A DNA stretch of 33,951 nt from a virus (Duplodnaviria > Caudoviricetes), in IMG/VR virus record IMGVR_UViG_3300044676_000763, positions 1-33,951 of that record; one strand, written 5' to 3'. The notes under the pieces were generated by a model that was given only the letters and a program-made list of their open reading frames with translations, did not search any database and was not told where the DNA came from. The position numbers and the translations under genes were made by a program. Positions 6,721-15,503 of this stretch are shown here, piece after piece (the stretch's first letter is position 1; every line of letters starts with the position of its first letter).

Positions 6721-6726
6721 TTAGCA

Positions 6727-8604
6727 ATGACAACAAATATATCTGCACACGCCGAGCGAGTAGCCAAGCACTACTGGGGCGAGCCTAATGCGAAGCTGTC
6801 CATAAAAGGCCGGACACTGCGCTGGGGTACGCACGGCTCAAAAGAATTAGACCTACAAAAATCAACATATTACGACTTTGAATTGTGCGAGGGCGGCGGT
6901 GTGGTGGACATCGTGCGAAACTACGGCAAGGTCACAATATCGGGGTCGGTTGCCGAGACACTTGAACGTGAGTTCGGCATCCAGCGACAGGCTCAAAAGT
7001 CATTAGTGCCAAAGCAGTACATATCCAAAATATACGAATATTATAATGCTGACGGCGAATTGGGCTATCAGGTGCTTCGCTATGAGCCGAAGACATTCAG
7101 ACAGCGCAGACCGGATGGTAATGGCGGGTGGCTTAACTCAGTCAAGGATGTCGAGCCACTGCCGTACAATTTAATGGGCATAATGCAGAACCCAGACGCG
7201 CCTATTTTCATCGTTGAGGGCGAGAAGGCGGCTGACGCACTTATCAAGATCGGGTTCGTTGCCACCACCAATTCAGGCGGCGCAGGTAATTTCAAGCCGG
7301 AACTGGCTGATTACTTCGAGGGACGTAATGTCGTGATACTGCCCGATAATGATAATGCGGGTGAGGCACACGCCGACAAGGTCAAGCGCACACTGTGGGG
7401 CAGGGCGTCAAAGATTAAGGTGGTTGGCCTGTCCGGTCTGCCGCCCAAGGGTGATGTCGTGGACTGGCTGGCGCAGGGCAACGATGCCGCAACGCTGGGT
7501 GAGGCGGTTGCCAAGGCCAGCGCGGTCACTGAGGCGGACATCCACAATCCAGACCCAGAACTGGTAGAGGAGATAGTTGCGGACGCTGACGGCTCTCAAA
7601 TCGTGCCGTTTGAGGTAATGACGACCAATCAGCTAAAGGCGATGCCTCCTGTGACGTGGGCGGTGGACGGCTTGGTGACGTTGCACGGATTTACCGTCAT
7701 GTACGGCGCACCAGCAAGCGGTAAGTCGTTTCTGGCTATCGATATGGCTCTTTCTATTGCAAACGGTCTATCGTGGCAAAACAGGGCGGTTAGGCGCGGT
7801 TCTGTGCTGTACATCGCTGGCGAGGGTGTCGGCGGTATGGGTAAGCGCGTGAAGGCGTGGGAGGCGTGGCACGGCAAGCACGACACGGCGAACCTCTACG
7901 TCCTGCCAACTGCGGTGAATTTCCGCGATGAGGCGGACATTGCGCGGCTCAAATGCACGATTGACAGCATCGGTGAGCAATTCACGATGGTTGTCGTGGA
8001 CACCGTGGCAAGGGCTTTGCTGGGCGGCGAGGAAAACTCAGCGACAGATATGGGGCTGTTCGTTGCCGCATGTGACGAAATTAAGGCGCACACAGGCTCT
8101 GCGTTGCTCGCGGTGCATCATGCGGGTAAGGACACGGCGAAGGGCATGAGGGGTTCGTCTAGCCTCTTGGGCGGGGTTGATGCGGCTATGTCCGTCACTA
8201 ACTTCGATGGCATTGTGACGCTCAAGGTGGAAAAGCAGAAGGACTCAGAAATAATTCCCGACATGAACTTCGAGATGGTGACGGTAGCCACAATAGACGA
8301 CCAAAGCATCGTGATGGTCGCGGTCGGTGAGGATGAGGCAAAGGAGAAAAAACGCCAGAGCAAGAGGCCAGCGCCACTGACAATCGAACAGCAATTCGCT
8401 CTGGAGGCACTCCAGAATGCGGTCATCGATGCGGGTCAATCGATCATTCATGTGGACACTTGGCACGCGGCACACGCCAATAAATGCCCCGATGTGAACG
8501 CCGGAAAGCGTAGAGACGCAAGAAGGGGATTACAGGACAAGCGTGTGATTGGGATAGAAGATAAAAAAGTGTGGATTATCAAGGACAAAGGGGCTGAGAT
8601 GTGA
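6727..8604 (+). CDS. Primase-helicase fusion (TOPRIM + RepA/AAA_25-like helicase)
   Basis: IVEGEKAAD and PDND..G (TOPRIM); GAPASGKS (Walker A); LYIAGEG; VVVDT (Walker B); VHHAGK; RGSS. Confidence 0.93.
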   Translation: MTTNISAHAERVAKHYWGEPNAKLSIKGRTLRWGTHGSKELDLQKSTYYDFELCEGGGVVDIVRNYGKVTISGSVAETLEREFGIQRQAQKSLVPKQYISKIYEYYNADGELGYQVLRYEPKTFRQRRPDGNGGWLNSVKDVEPLPYNLMGIMQNPDAPIFIVEGEKAADALIKIGFVATTNSGGAGNFKPELADYFEGRNVVILPDNDNAGEAHADKVKRTLWGRASKIKVVGLSGLPPKGDVVDWLAQGNDAATLGEAVAKASAVTEADIHNPDPELVEEIVADADGSQIVPFEVMTTNQLKAMPPVTWAVDGLVTLHGFTVMYGAPASGKSFLAIDMALSIANGLSWQNRAVRRGSVLYIAGEGVGGMGKRVKAWEAWHGKHDTANLYVLPTAVNFRDEADIARLKCTIDSIGEQFTMVVVDTVARALLGGEENSATDMGLFVAACDEIKAHTGSALLAVHHAGKDTAKGMRGSSSLLGGVDAAMSVTNFDGIVTLKVEKQKDSEIIPDMNFEMVTVATIDDQSIVMVAVGEDEAKEKKRQSKRPAPLTIEQQFALEALQNAVIDAGQSIIHVDTWHAAHANKCPDVNAGKRRDARRGLQDKRVIGIEDKKVWIIKDKGAEM

Positions 8605-8717
8605 TTGCAATCACACGCAAATCACATGTGAAATCACACCGTGTGGTGGTGTGTGTGTGATGTGACTCCCCCTTAGGGGTCACAATCACATCACATATCA
8701 CATCGTCACACCTCACC
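8600..8717. repeat. TCACA/TGTGA repeat cluster, candidate replication origin
   Basis: 8 TCACA and 4 TGTGA in about 115 bp, with palindromes at 8600-8615 and 8622-8631. Confidence 0.7.
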
Positions 8718-8738
8718 GAGTCAGAAAGGGAAAATGGA

Positions 8739-9347
8739 ATGGCTTATCAGAGGAAGACAAAGAGGACTAGGAAACCGGATACGAGTCTAATCAAGAATCA
8801 CTTCGCGCCGACAGATAGGGCGTACAAGAAGGTGCAGGAGTGGCTGATCCAATATGATCTGGTTATTTCTGATGCGGAGTTGCGCTGGGGGGTGGACAGA
8901 CTGCCCTTCCTTGTGTCGGCTGAATTGCGGGATCGGTTTATGGCGCAGATGGATAAGATGAATGCGGCGATAGACAGGGTTGACCCGATAGCGGTTGAAG
9001 AAGAAGTGCAGACGACCATCCGAGGCATCAAGGTTCTTGAGAGGGCGGCAGTGCTTGCTGGGGCAAAGGAGTTGACCGGAGAGCATTGGGAAGCGGCTAT
9101 GCCAGATGGGAAGGTGCTGGCGATAGCTAAAACCGATGCCGAGGTGTCGCGGGTGCAGAAAGATAACCGTGACATGATTGTTTATTCCGTGGCGGAGATT
9201 GGACGCATCATCGGTGCGTGGCGGGATAATGAGGAGGCAAAGACGCTCGATGCCATCAAGCGCACGTTTGATGGTGCGGTGGTTGAGAGTGTGACGAAAC
9301 AGAAAACAATTACGGAGGCACAGTTAAATGACGAAATCCCATTTTGA
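8739..9347 (+). CDS. Hypothetical protein with an SSB-like C-terminal tail
   Basis: 202 aa; ends LNDEIPF. Confidence 0.8.
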   Translation: MAYQRKTKRTRKPDTSLIKNHFAPTDRAYKKVQEWLIQYDLVISDAELRWGVDRLPFLVSAELRDRFMAQMDKMNAAIDRVDPIAVEEEVQTTIRGIKVLERAAVLAGAKELTGEHWEAAMPDGKVLAIAKTDAEVSRVQKDNRDMIVYSVAEIGRIIGAWRDNEEAKTLDAIKRTFDGAVVESVTKQKTITEAQLNDEIPF

Positions 9348-9621
9348 TAAGGCGGCAAGTGCGCCGCAGGGTCGTGAGAGCGAGACGCGTGAAATGCTTT
9401 ACGATGGCCGCGAGTATGTTATGTACTCGAAGCAGGGCTGGATTGATGTGCGGAATATGACCGTGTGCATTGTCAAGGATAAGGAAGGGCTTCGAGTGGA
9501 AATATGGCCGCTTGAGCACAATGGTATAACTGAGCCTCTGGCCGTGTCTTATGTCGAGTGGAGTAAAGTCCCAGATGATAGCATGCCTCGAATTAGATTT
9601 AAGAAGGGAAATCGCAGATGA
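9328..9621 (+). CDS. Hypothetical protein (97 aa)
   Basis: GGAGG RBS; overlaps both neighbours. Confidence 0.7.
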   Translation: MTKSHFDKAASAPQGRESETREMLYDGREYVMYSKQGWIDVRNMTVCIVKDKEGLRVEIWPLEHNGITEPLAVSYVEWSKVPDDSMPRIRFKKGNRR

Positions 9622-9761
9622 TAGACAAAGGTGATGGGTCAATGGCTAGACGATTGAGGGACGGCACTTGCCCAAATTGTCATGCGGAATTAGAACAGAA
9701 GGATGACAGGAAGGTTTGTTCCTTGTGTAATCTTGAGATAATTGAAAGGGAAAGTAAATGA
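9618..9761 (+). CDS. Small Zn-ribbon protein (47 aa; not in the ORF track)
   Basis: MIDKGDGSMARRLRDGTCPNCHAELEQKDDRKVCSLCNLEIIERESK; two CxxC motifs; ATGA overlaps at both ends. Confidence 0.75.
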   Translation: MIDKGDGSMARRLRDGTCPNCHAELEQKDDRKVCSLCNLEIIERESK

Positions 9762-10072
9762 ACAGGTTCGAGATGTTAGATGAGGCGAAGACAACTGTCA
9801 GGGATCGTGGCGAGTCTTATGGCTCGGTTTATGAAAATCACAAGCGGGTGGCCACAATGTGGTCACTTGTCTTTGGCATTAAGGTAAAACCAACTCAGGT
9901 TGCGTTGGCGATGGCTTGCTTGAAAATAGCCAGACAGATTGAGGCGATCAATCAGGGCGATATGCCGCTTGATGAGGCGGGTAAGCCTGTTGGGTGGGAT
10001 AGCTGGGTGGATTTAGCCGGATATGCCGCCACAGGGGCAGAATGCGCCGTTAAAGAGGCAGTGAATGAGTAG
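9758..10072 (+). CDS. DUF6378-like phage protein
   Basis: DRGESYG..ENH..A.MWS...VALAM..LKIAR...DSWVDLAGYAA. Confidence 0.8.
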   Translation: MNRFEMLDEAKTTVRDRGESYGSVYENHKRVATMWSLVFGIKVKPTQVALAMACLKIARQIEAINQGDMPLDEAGKPVGWDSWVDLAGYAATGAECAVKEAVNE

Positions 10073-10295
10073 GGTATTAAGGTTTGATCCAAGTGTACGC
10101 GATTTTGTACGCTTCTTTGAGGATTATGTGGTCTGTCACTGGTGTGACAGCGAGACCCGAGGGCGTTGCTACGAAGAAACTCAGGCGGTTGTTTGCAGTC
10201 AGTGCGGTCAGCCATTATTTGTGGTTGACGATGAGGAAACAGCTTTTGAGATAATATTTGACAGCGAAATGGATGATCCAGATGGCCGCGCATAA
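10065..10295 (+). CDS. Zn-finger protein (76 aa)
   Basis: CHWC...CSQC and an acidic tail; GAGG RBS. Confidence 0.7.
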   Translation: MSRVLRFDPSVRDFVRFFEDYVVCHWCDSETRGRCYEETQAVVCSQCGQPLFVVDDEETAFEIIFDSEMDDPDGRA

Positions 10296-10785
10296 AACCC
10301 CAGAAGAAAAGTTTGTAGTGTTTTTGGAACGTGTCGCAACCGGACGCGCTGGCACTAATGTGGCGAAAGATAAGGATATGCCAAGCTGGACAACGGTATG
10401 GCGAAAGATATGTGACGATCCTGATTATGAAAGGCGTTACATGACGGCTATGGCGTCGCGCGGTATGGTCTACGCTGACCAGTTAGACGAGATCAATAAC
10501 AGCGTGCTGTCTGGTATGCTTGATCCGCAAGCCGCACGTCTGGTGTCGGATAACAAGAAATGGCAAGCCTCAAGGTTGATACCGAAGGTTTACGGCGACA
10601 GGATGGGCATCGAGTCCAAGGTTGAGGCGGGTGACTCATTCCTCAAGGTATTGCAACAGGTTAACGATGCGGCGCGGTTGAAGCACGTTGACGTGATTGA
10701 CGAAGAAAGCATACAACCGCAATCAGTACGCGCGGGCGAGGATGTTAACCAGATTACGGTTGACGATGAGATGCACAAGAAATAG
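10282..10785 (+). CDS. terS: Terminase small subunit (Sf6 gp1-like)
   Basis: MPSWTTVWR, ARLVSDNKKWQASRLIPKVYGD motifs; upstream of terL. Start uncertain (10258-10282). Confidence 0.82.
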   Translation: MAAHKTPEEKFVVFLERVATGRAGTNVAKDKDMPSWTTVWRKICDDPDYERRYMTAMASRGMVYADQLDEINNSVLSGMLDPQAARLVSDNKKWQASRLIPKVYGDRMGIESKVEAGDSFLKVLQQVNDAARLKHVDVIDEESIQPQSVRAGEDVNQITVDDEMHKK

Positions 10786-10811
10786 GCAAATAGGGCATAT
10801 CGCGCATAAAG

Positions 10812-10820
10812 TTATCCACA
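10812..10820 (+). promoter_or_regulatory. DnaA box
   Basis: Perfect TTATCCACA in the largest non-coding gap; single copy. Confidence 0.45.
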
Positions 10821-10853
10821 GGCAGACTAAGCTATTGAAAACAAAGGAAACAC

Positions 10854-10881
10854 AAAACGCATAAATGGCATTATGCGACAA
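10854..10881. other. dif-like (XerCD-type) 11-6-11 site
   Basis: AAAACGCATAA-ATGGCA-TTATGCGACAA; shares the CGCATAA-N6-TTATG core of proteobacterial dif sites. Confidence 0.5.
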
Positions 10882-11106
10882 AACCAGAAAATATGTCGAA
10901 AAATGCCATAATTTTCCTACCCCCCCCCATCAATCACACGCGGGGGGCGGGTAAAAATATATACACCCCTACCACCCCCCCTTGCCTGTTATACGGCGCT
11001 GTTAATGGGTATGAGATGAAAAATTGCACATAATCTGCAAAAACGGCGTTTATATGTTAAGGGAATGGATTTTTGTTAACATCACCCCACACCGGAGAAA
11101 ATACGA

Positions 11107-12507
11107 ATGGCACACACCAAAAGCGAGGTTGAACTACTAGCCGCCATCCGCGAAGACCCTGTCCTGTTCGTGGAGCAGATACTGGGTGCAACGCCGCAGA
11201 AGTGGCAACGCAAGGCGTTAGAGGCCATTGCGGCGCATGATAAGGTTGCGATTAAGTCCGGCCACGGTGTCGGGAAGACTGCGTTTGAGTCGTGGGTTGT
11301 GCTGTGGTGGCTGATGACGCACTACCCCTGCAAGGTTGCCGTCACCGCGAACAGCGCACACCAGCTATCGGACGTGCTGTGGACGGAGATTGATCGCTGG
11401 GCGAGGAACATGCCCACCGCCTTTAAAAATTTGCTGGAGTTCAAGGCCGACAAGATTGCCCTGAAGGGGGCGTCAGACTCATTTGCGGTGGCGCGTACCA
11501 GCCGCAGGGAGAACCCAGAGGCGTTGGCCGGATTCCACTCGCCGCACATGCTGTTCGTGGTTGAGGAGGCGTCCGGCGTGCCGAATATCATCTTTGAGAC
11601 GGCATCGGGTGCGCTGAGTACGGTTGGCGCGAAGATTATCATGTGCGGAAACCCCACGCGTTCTGATGGGTATTTTTACGATGCGTTTCACTCTGACCGT
11701 GGGAATTGGCACTGCATAACCGTGTCATGCCGCGAGGGTGAGTATGTTGACCCCAAATTTATCACCGATATGGCGAATAAGTACGGCGAGGAGAGCAATG
11801 TCTTTGCCGTGCGCGTCTTGGGTGAGTTCCCCACGCAGTCCGATGACGTTCTTGTGCCGTTGCACTTGGTTGAGGATGCGGTTAAGCGCGACATCGAGAT
11901 GGCGGAGACGACTCCGGTTGAGTGGGGGCTGGACGTGGCTCGCTTTGGCGGTGACAGGTCTGCGCTGTGCAAGCGGCAGGGTCAGGTTATGATCGAGCCG
12001 ATCAAGACGTGGCAGGGCAAGGACTTGATGGAGTTGGCGGGTATCATACTGGCCGAGCATGACTCTGTGCCGTATAGGATGCGTCCGCAAGCGATATACA
12101 TTGACGCGATTGGCTTGGGTGCGGGTCTGGCGGACAGGTTGCGCGAGTTGGGCTTGCCAGCCGTTGCGGTGAGTGTGTCGGAGTCGGCCAGCTTGAAGGA
12201 TCGCTTCAATCGGTTGCGCGATGAGTTGTTCTGGAATGCGCGTGAGTGGTTTGAGGCGCGGGACTGCCACATACCGCAGGATGACACGCTTATGGCGGAG
12301 ATTACCGGAATAAGGTATAAATACCTGTCATCCGGCAAGTTGAAGGTTGAGTCGAAGGACGAGATGAAGAAACGCGGCCAGAGGTCGCCGGACGTGGCCG
12401 ATGCGTTTGTGCTGACATTCGCGGGTCAAGGTGCGGTTGCGGGTGGTTACTCAAGGGGTTATAATTCCAATCGCAGTTTAAAGAGAGACACAAGTTGGGT
12501 TGTTTAG
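11107..12507 (+). CDS. terL: Terminase large subunit
   Basis: Q motif (PQKWQ), Walker A SGHGVGKT, Walker B FVVEEA, GNPT, nuclease motifs GLDVARFGGD and SPDVADA. Confidence 0.96.
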   Translation: MAHTKSEVELLAAIREDPVLFVEQILGATPQKWQRKALEAIAAHDKVAIKSGHGVGKTAFESWVVLWWLMTHYPCKVAVTANSAHQLSDVLWTEIDRWARNMPTAFKNLLEFKADKIALKGASDSFAVARTSRRENPEALAGFHSPHMLFVVEEASGVPNIIFETASGALSTVGAKIIMCGNPTRSDGYFYDAFHSDRGNWHCITVSCREGEYVDPKFITDMANKYGEESNVFAVRVLGEFPTQSDDVLVPLHLVEDAVKRDIEMAETTPVEWGLDVARFGGDRSALCKRQGQVMIEPIKTWQGKDLMELAGIILAEHDSVPYRMRPQAIYIDAIGLGAGLADRLRELGLPAVAVSVSESASLKDRFNRLRDELFWNAREWFEARDCHIPQDDTLMAEITGIRYKYLSSGKLKVESKDEMKKRGQRSPDVADAFVLTFAGQGAVAGGYSRGYNSNRSLKRDTSWVV

Positions 12508-14670
12508 ATGGCAGATTTATATCGCGGGTATAGTGAGGGGTTGCTTGCTGATGATGCTGGTTTTGATAGGCCAAACACAGACGCATTGATGCGTTCTTTA
12601 CTTGGTCAGGGTGAATATGCTGATTCCGGCATGATCCTGCCATTTGCGAAAACTCCATCTGGAGAAACCCTGCTTTCATTCCCTGCCCCTATTCAGGCTG
12701 TGGCGAGGACATCTGCTCGCGCTATGGGTGGCATGCCCCTAGATATAGACCCCTACACTGGACTGCCGTCTGAGGATGTTCTGGCTGACGCCGCCGAAGC
12801 GGCTGGTATGTTTACTGGTGCAGGTTTGCTCGCGCCAAAGCCTAGCGGCGCACTTGGAATGAGTGGTGGCGGTGGCACAACTAGGGTCATCCCGCCTAGA
12901 GATGTTGACGAGTTAGGATTTTATAGTCAGGCGTTAGAGGTCGCAAAGAACTTGCCACAGGCCAAGGGAACTGGACAGCAATTTGAAAAGATGTTGACAG
13001 GTGCTGGTGTCAAGCCTGACGAGATTGCGTTTACGCCGGAATTGCGTGGATTGCTAGATCGGCCACAGATTACACGCGAAGAACTTGTTAGTCTGTTGCA
13101 GGAAAACCGGATTAGGCCGCAGGAGACTGTGCTTGAGGGGGCAGAGTTTGAAAGTTTGAACTTTCCAGCCAGAGCAGACGTTTTGCCCCCCGAAGAACAT
13201 TTCGATCCTAGATACCTTCAAGACGAAATTGATGATTTGCTTTACATGAATACTGATTTTTATGTTAATAGGGCGTTTGGTGGTCAAAAGACAAAAGACG
13301 AAATAGACGAATTAGTTGAAAAAATAGATGAAGTTGGCTTCCCTACGGCGGACGATATAGGGCAAGAGACACTTGATGCTTTGCAGTCGGCGGTTAAAGA
13401 TGAAATTTTTGAAGTATACAACATGAATCCAACATATCGTCTTGTTGATCCCGACACTGGTTTCAAAATAATGGGGGACGATAATGATGGGTTTGACATT
13501 TATGACGCAGATGGTGACAGGATCGGTGTAGAAAACTCTCTAGCCGAGGCACGAGTCCGCGCACAAGACCTAGCTATGGATTTTGGGGTCGTGTCGGGCG
13601 GATTTGGTGGTGCTAAGTTTAACCTGCCTGATATGGTCGAAGATGGCGGCACAAATTACCGCGAAACGCTTTTGCAAATACCAGAGTATGAGGGAATGAA
13701 GGGTTATTTTTATGAAAGGGGTCATTTTGACGAGCCTAATATTGCTGTCCACGTTAGAACAAAAGATCGTAATACAGAAAGCGGCGTAAACGATGTTTTA
13801 TATGTTGAGGAACTGCAATCGGATTGGGGTCAACAAGGCAGAAAATATGGGTTTGACACACCAAAAGACAGAGAAAAACTAGCTCAAATAAAAAAGCAGG
13901 TAGAGCCGATACAGCAAAAACTAGACAACGCTGTAGATGAAAGAGACGCTTTTTATTTGGACTTTATGAATAAAATATCTAAAAAAATTGGCGGTGAAGA
14001 AATAACAAAAAATGACCTTGATAAAGATTACGCCAGAGCTGGCCTAGCTATAAAAGCAAAGGACGGATCAGAACTTCTCAGTCGCGCAGAAATGAACTCT
14101 CTTTTGCGAGGAACGGATCAAGTTGCGTTGACCGCAGATGGGCGTGAACTCCCAATAGACCCATCAAACTTTGATGGTGTTGACATTGCTACAAAGATGA
14201 TGGACTTTGATTTTAGAGTAAGAAGCGCAAGGGACGAACTTGACGATACTAGAGGCGAATTTAGGGCTGACATTCCCATCGCTCCGCTTGTTGGCAACAC
14301 AGAAAAGTTTGCAGAAGCTGGCATAAAACGACTTCTTACACAGGCCGCAAGAGAGGGCAAGAAATTTGTGTCATTTTCGCAAGGCGAACTACAAGCTGAC
14401 AGGTGGAGAAATGACGGTCTTGAAATTTACTATGATGAAATAATCCCAAGGATCGCAAAGAAAGTCGCCAAGCGTTTTGACAAAGATGCGTTTGCTGGTA
14501 ACAAATTTATTGAAGATTTAGGTGACCGCTTTACCATCGAAATCACGCCAAAAATGCGCGCCTCTATCCAAGAAGGTGTCCCCTTGTTTGTTTCTGGCGG
14601 TCAGGGCTTGCTTGCGGCGGGACAAGGAATGCGTCAGGATCAGCAACAACCATCAGGAATAATGTTTTAA
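12508..14670 (+). CDS. Large acidic protein (720 aa), possibly virion-packaged
   Basis: Long ORF abutting the terL stop; blocks FYSQA..GVKPDEI, GGTNYRE, HFDEPN..HVR, VLYVEELQSDW. Function not assignable. Confidence 0.75.
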   Translation: MADLYRGYSEGLLADDAGFDRPNTDALMRSLLGQGEYADSGMILPFAKTPSGETLLSFPAPIQAVARTSARAMGGMPLDIDPYTGLPSEDVLADAAEAAGMFTGAGLLAPKPSGALGMSGGGGTTRVIPPRDVDELGFYSQALEVAKNLPQAKGTGQQFEKMLTGAGVKPDEIAFTPELRGLLDRPQITREELVSLLQENRIRPQETVLEGAEFESLNFPARADVLPPEEHFDPRYLQDEIDDLLYMNTDFYVNRAFGGQKTKDEIDELVEKIDEVGFPTADDIGQETLDALQSAVKDEIFEVYNMNPTYRLVDPDTGFKIMGDDNDGFDIYDADGDRIGVENSLAEARVRAQDLAMDFGVVSGGFGGAKFNLPDMVEDGGTNYRETLLQIPEYEGMKGYFYERGHFDEPNIAVHVRTKDRNTESGVNDVLYVEELQSDWGQQGRKYGFDTPKDREKLAQIKKQVEPIQQKLDNAVDERDAFYLDFMNKISKKIGGEEITKNDLDKDYARAGLAIKAKDGSELLSRAEMNSLLRGTDQVALTADGRELPIDPSNFDGVDIATKMMDFDFRVRSARDELDDTRGEFRADIPIAPLVGNTEKFAEAGIKRLLTQAAREGKKFVSFSQGELQADRWRNDGLEIYYDEIIPRIAKKVAKRFDKDAFAGNKFIEDLGDRFTIEITPKMRASIQEGVPLFVSGGQGLLAAGQGMRQDQQQPSGIMF

Positions 14671-14960
14671 TGCCCCCACGCAAGGTAAAAGACCCCCGAC
14701 TAGCTAAAGTAGGCGTAAGTGGTTATAATAAGCCCAAGAGGACGCCATCGCATCCAACTAAGTCGCACGTTGTTGTGGCGAAGGAAGGTGACAAGGTGAA
14801 GACCATCCGCTTCGGCCAGCAGGGCGTTAGCGGCGCAGGTAGTTCACCAAAGACGGCATCCGAGAAGGCACGGCGCGAGTCGTTCAAGGCTCGCCACGCA
14901 AAGAATATAGCCAAGGGCAAGATGTCGGCGGCGTATTGGGCAAACAAGGAAAAATGGTAA
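14670..14960 (+). CDS. Basic conserved phage protein (DUF5754-like)
   Basis: KTIRFGQQG...RRESFKARH...SAAYWA...W. Confidence 0.75.
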   Translation: MPPRKVKDPRLAKVGVSGYNKPKRTPSHPTKSHVVVAKEGDKVKTIRFGQQGVSGAGSSPKTASEKARRESFKARHAKNIAKGKMSAAYWANKEKW

Positions 14961-15118
14961 TGCCAAAGGGCTTATACGCTAACATTCAAGCAAAACGTAA
15001 ACGTATAGCGGCTGGATCAGGTGAGAAGATGCGGAAGGTCGGTGCGAAAGGTGCGCCGACTGCATCAGCATTTAAGAAGGCCGCAAAAACAGCAAAGAAG
15101 AAGGCAAAGAAAAAATGA
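14960..15118 (+). CDS. Small Lys-rich protein (52 aa)
   Basis: MPKGLYANIQAKRKRI...KKKAKKK; TAATG coupling. Confidence 0.75.
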   Translation: MPKGLYANIQAKRKRIAAGSGEKMRKVGAKGAPTASAFKKAAKTAKKKAKKK

Positions 15119-15321
15119 ATTTATGTGAACACTGCGCTCACCCTGTCCGTTGCTCAAATATGGAGCGTTGCTTGCAGGGTAAGGTTACGCCACCAGCCAA
15201 TCCAAGCCTAGATGTCAAGCCGAAGCCCCAGCACGTCAATACGTCTCAGGGTGACCGCATGACAGGCACGCCGACTAAGCCGAAGATGACATCCAAACTA
15301 AAGAAAGCTGTAAAAAAATGA
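15115..15321 (+). CDS. Small Cys-containing basic protein (68 aa)
   Basis: CEHC...C...C N-terminus; ATGA overlaps. Confidence 0.65.
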   Translation: MNLCEHCAHPVRCSNMERCLQGKVTPPANPSLDVKPKPQHVNTSQGDRMTGTPTKPKMTSKLKKAVKK

Positions 15322-15491
15322 ACTATGGAAAGAAAAAGGGTATGCCCCTACCAAAGTCAAAGCCATCTATGGGTACTATGAATGAGGCTATGGGTTCAGC
15401 CGACATCATGCGTCCCGCGCCAATGGCCAAGCCAAAGCGCAAGCCTAGAGTGGGTCACAACACAACCTTGGGCAAGTACGCCGGAAACTAA
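15318..15491 (+). CDS. Small basic protein (57 aa; not in the ORF track)
   Basis: MNYGKKKGMPLPKSKPSMG...LGKYAGN; fills the gap before the portal gene. Confidence 0.65.
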   Translation: MNYGKKKGMPLPKSKPSMGTMNEAMGSADIMRPAPMAKPKRKPRVGHNTTLGKYAGN

Positions 15492-15503
15492 TAGGGGCAT
15501 TCT

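Noticed and set aside
11322-12679. Long antisense ORFs opposite terL (and similar ones opposite the portal, primase and ejection genes)
   Set aside because: These are shadow ORFs of GC-rich genes with no recognisable motifs.
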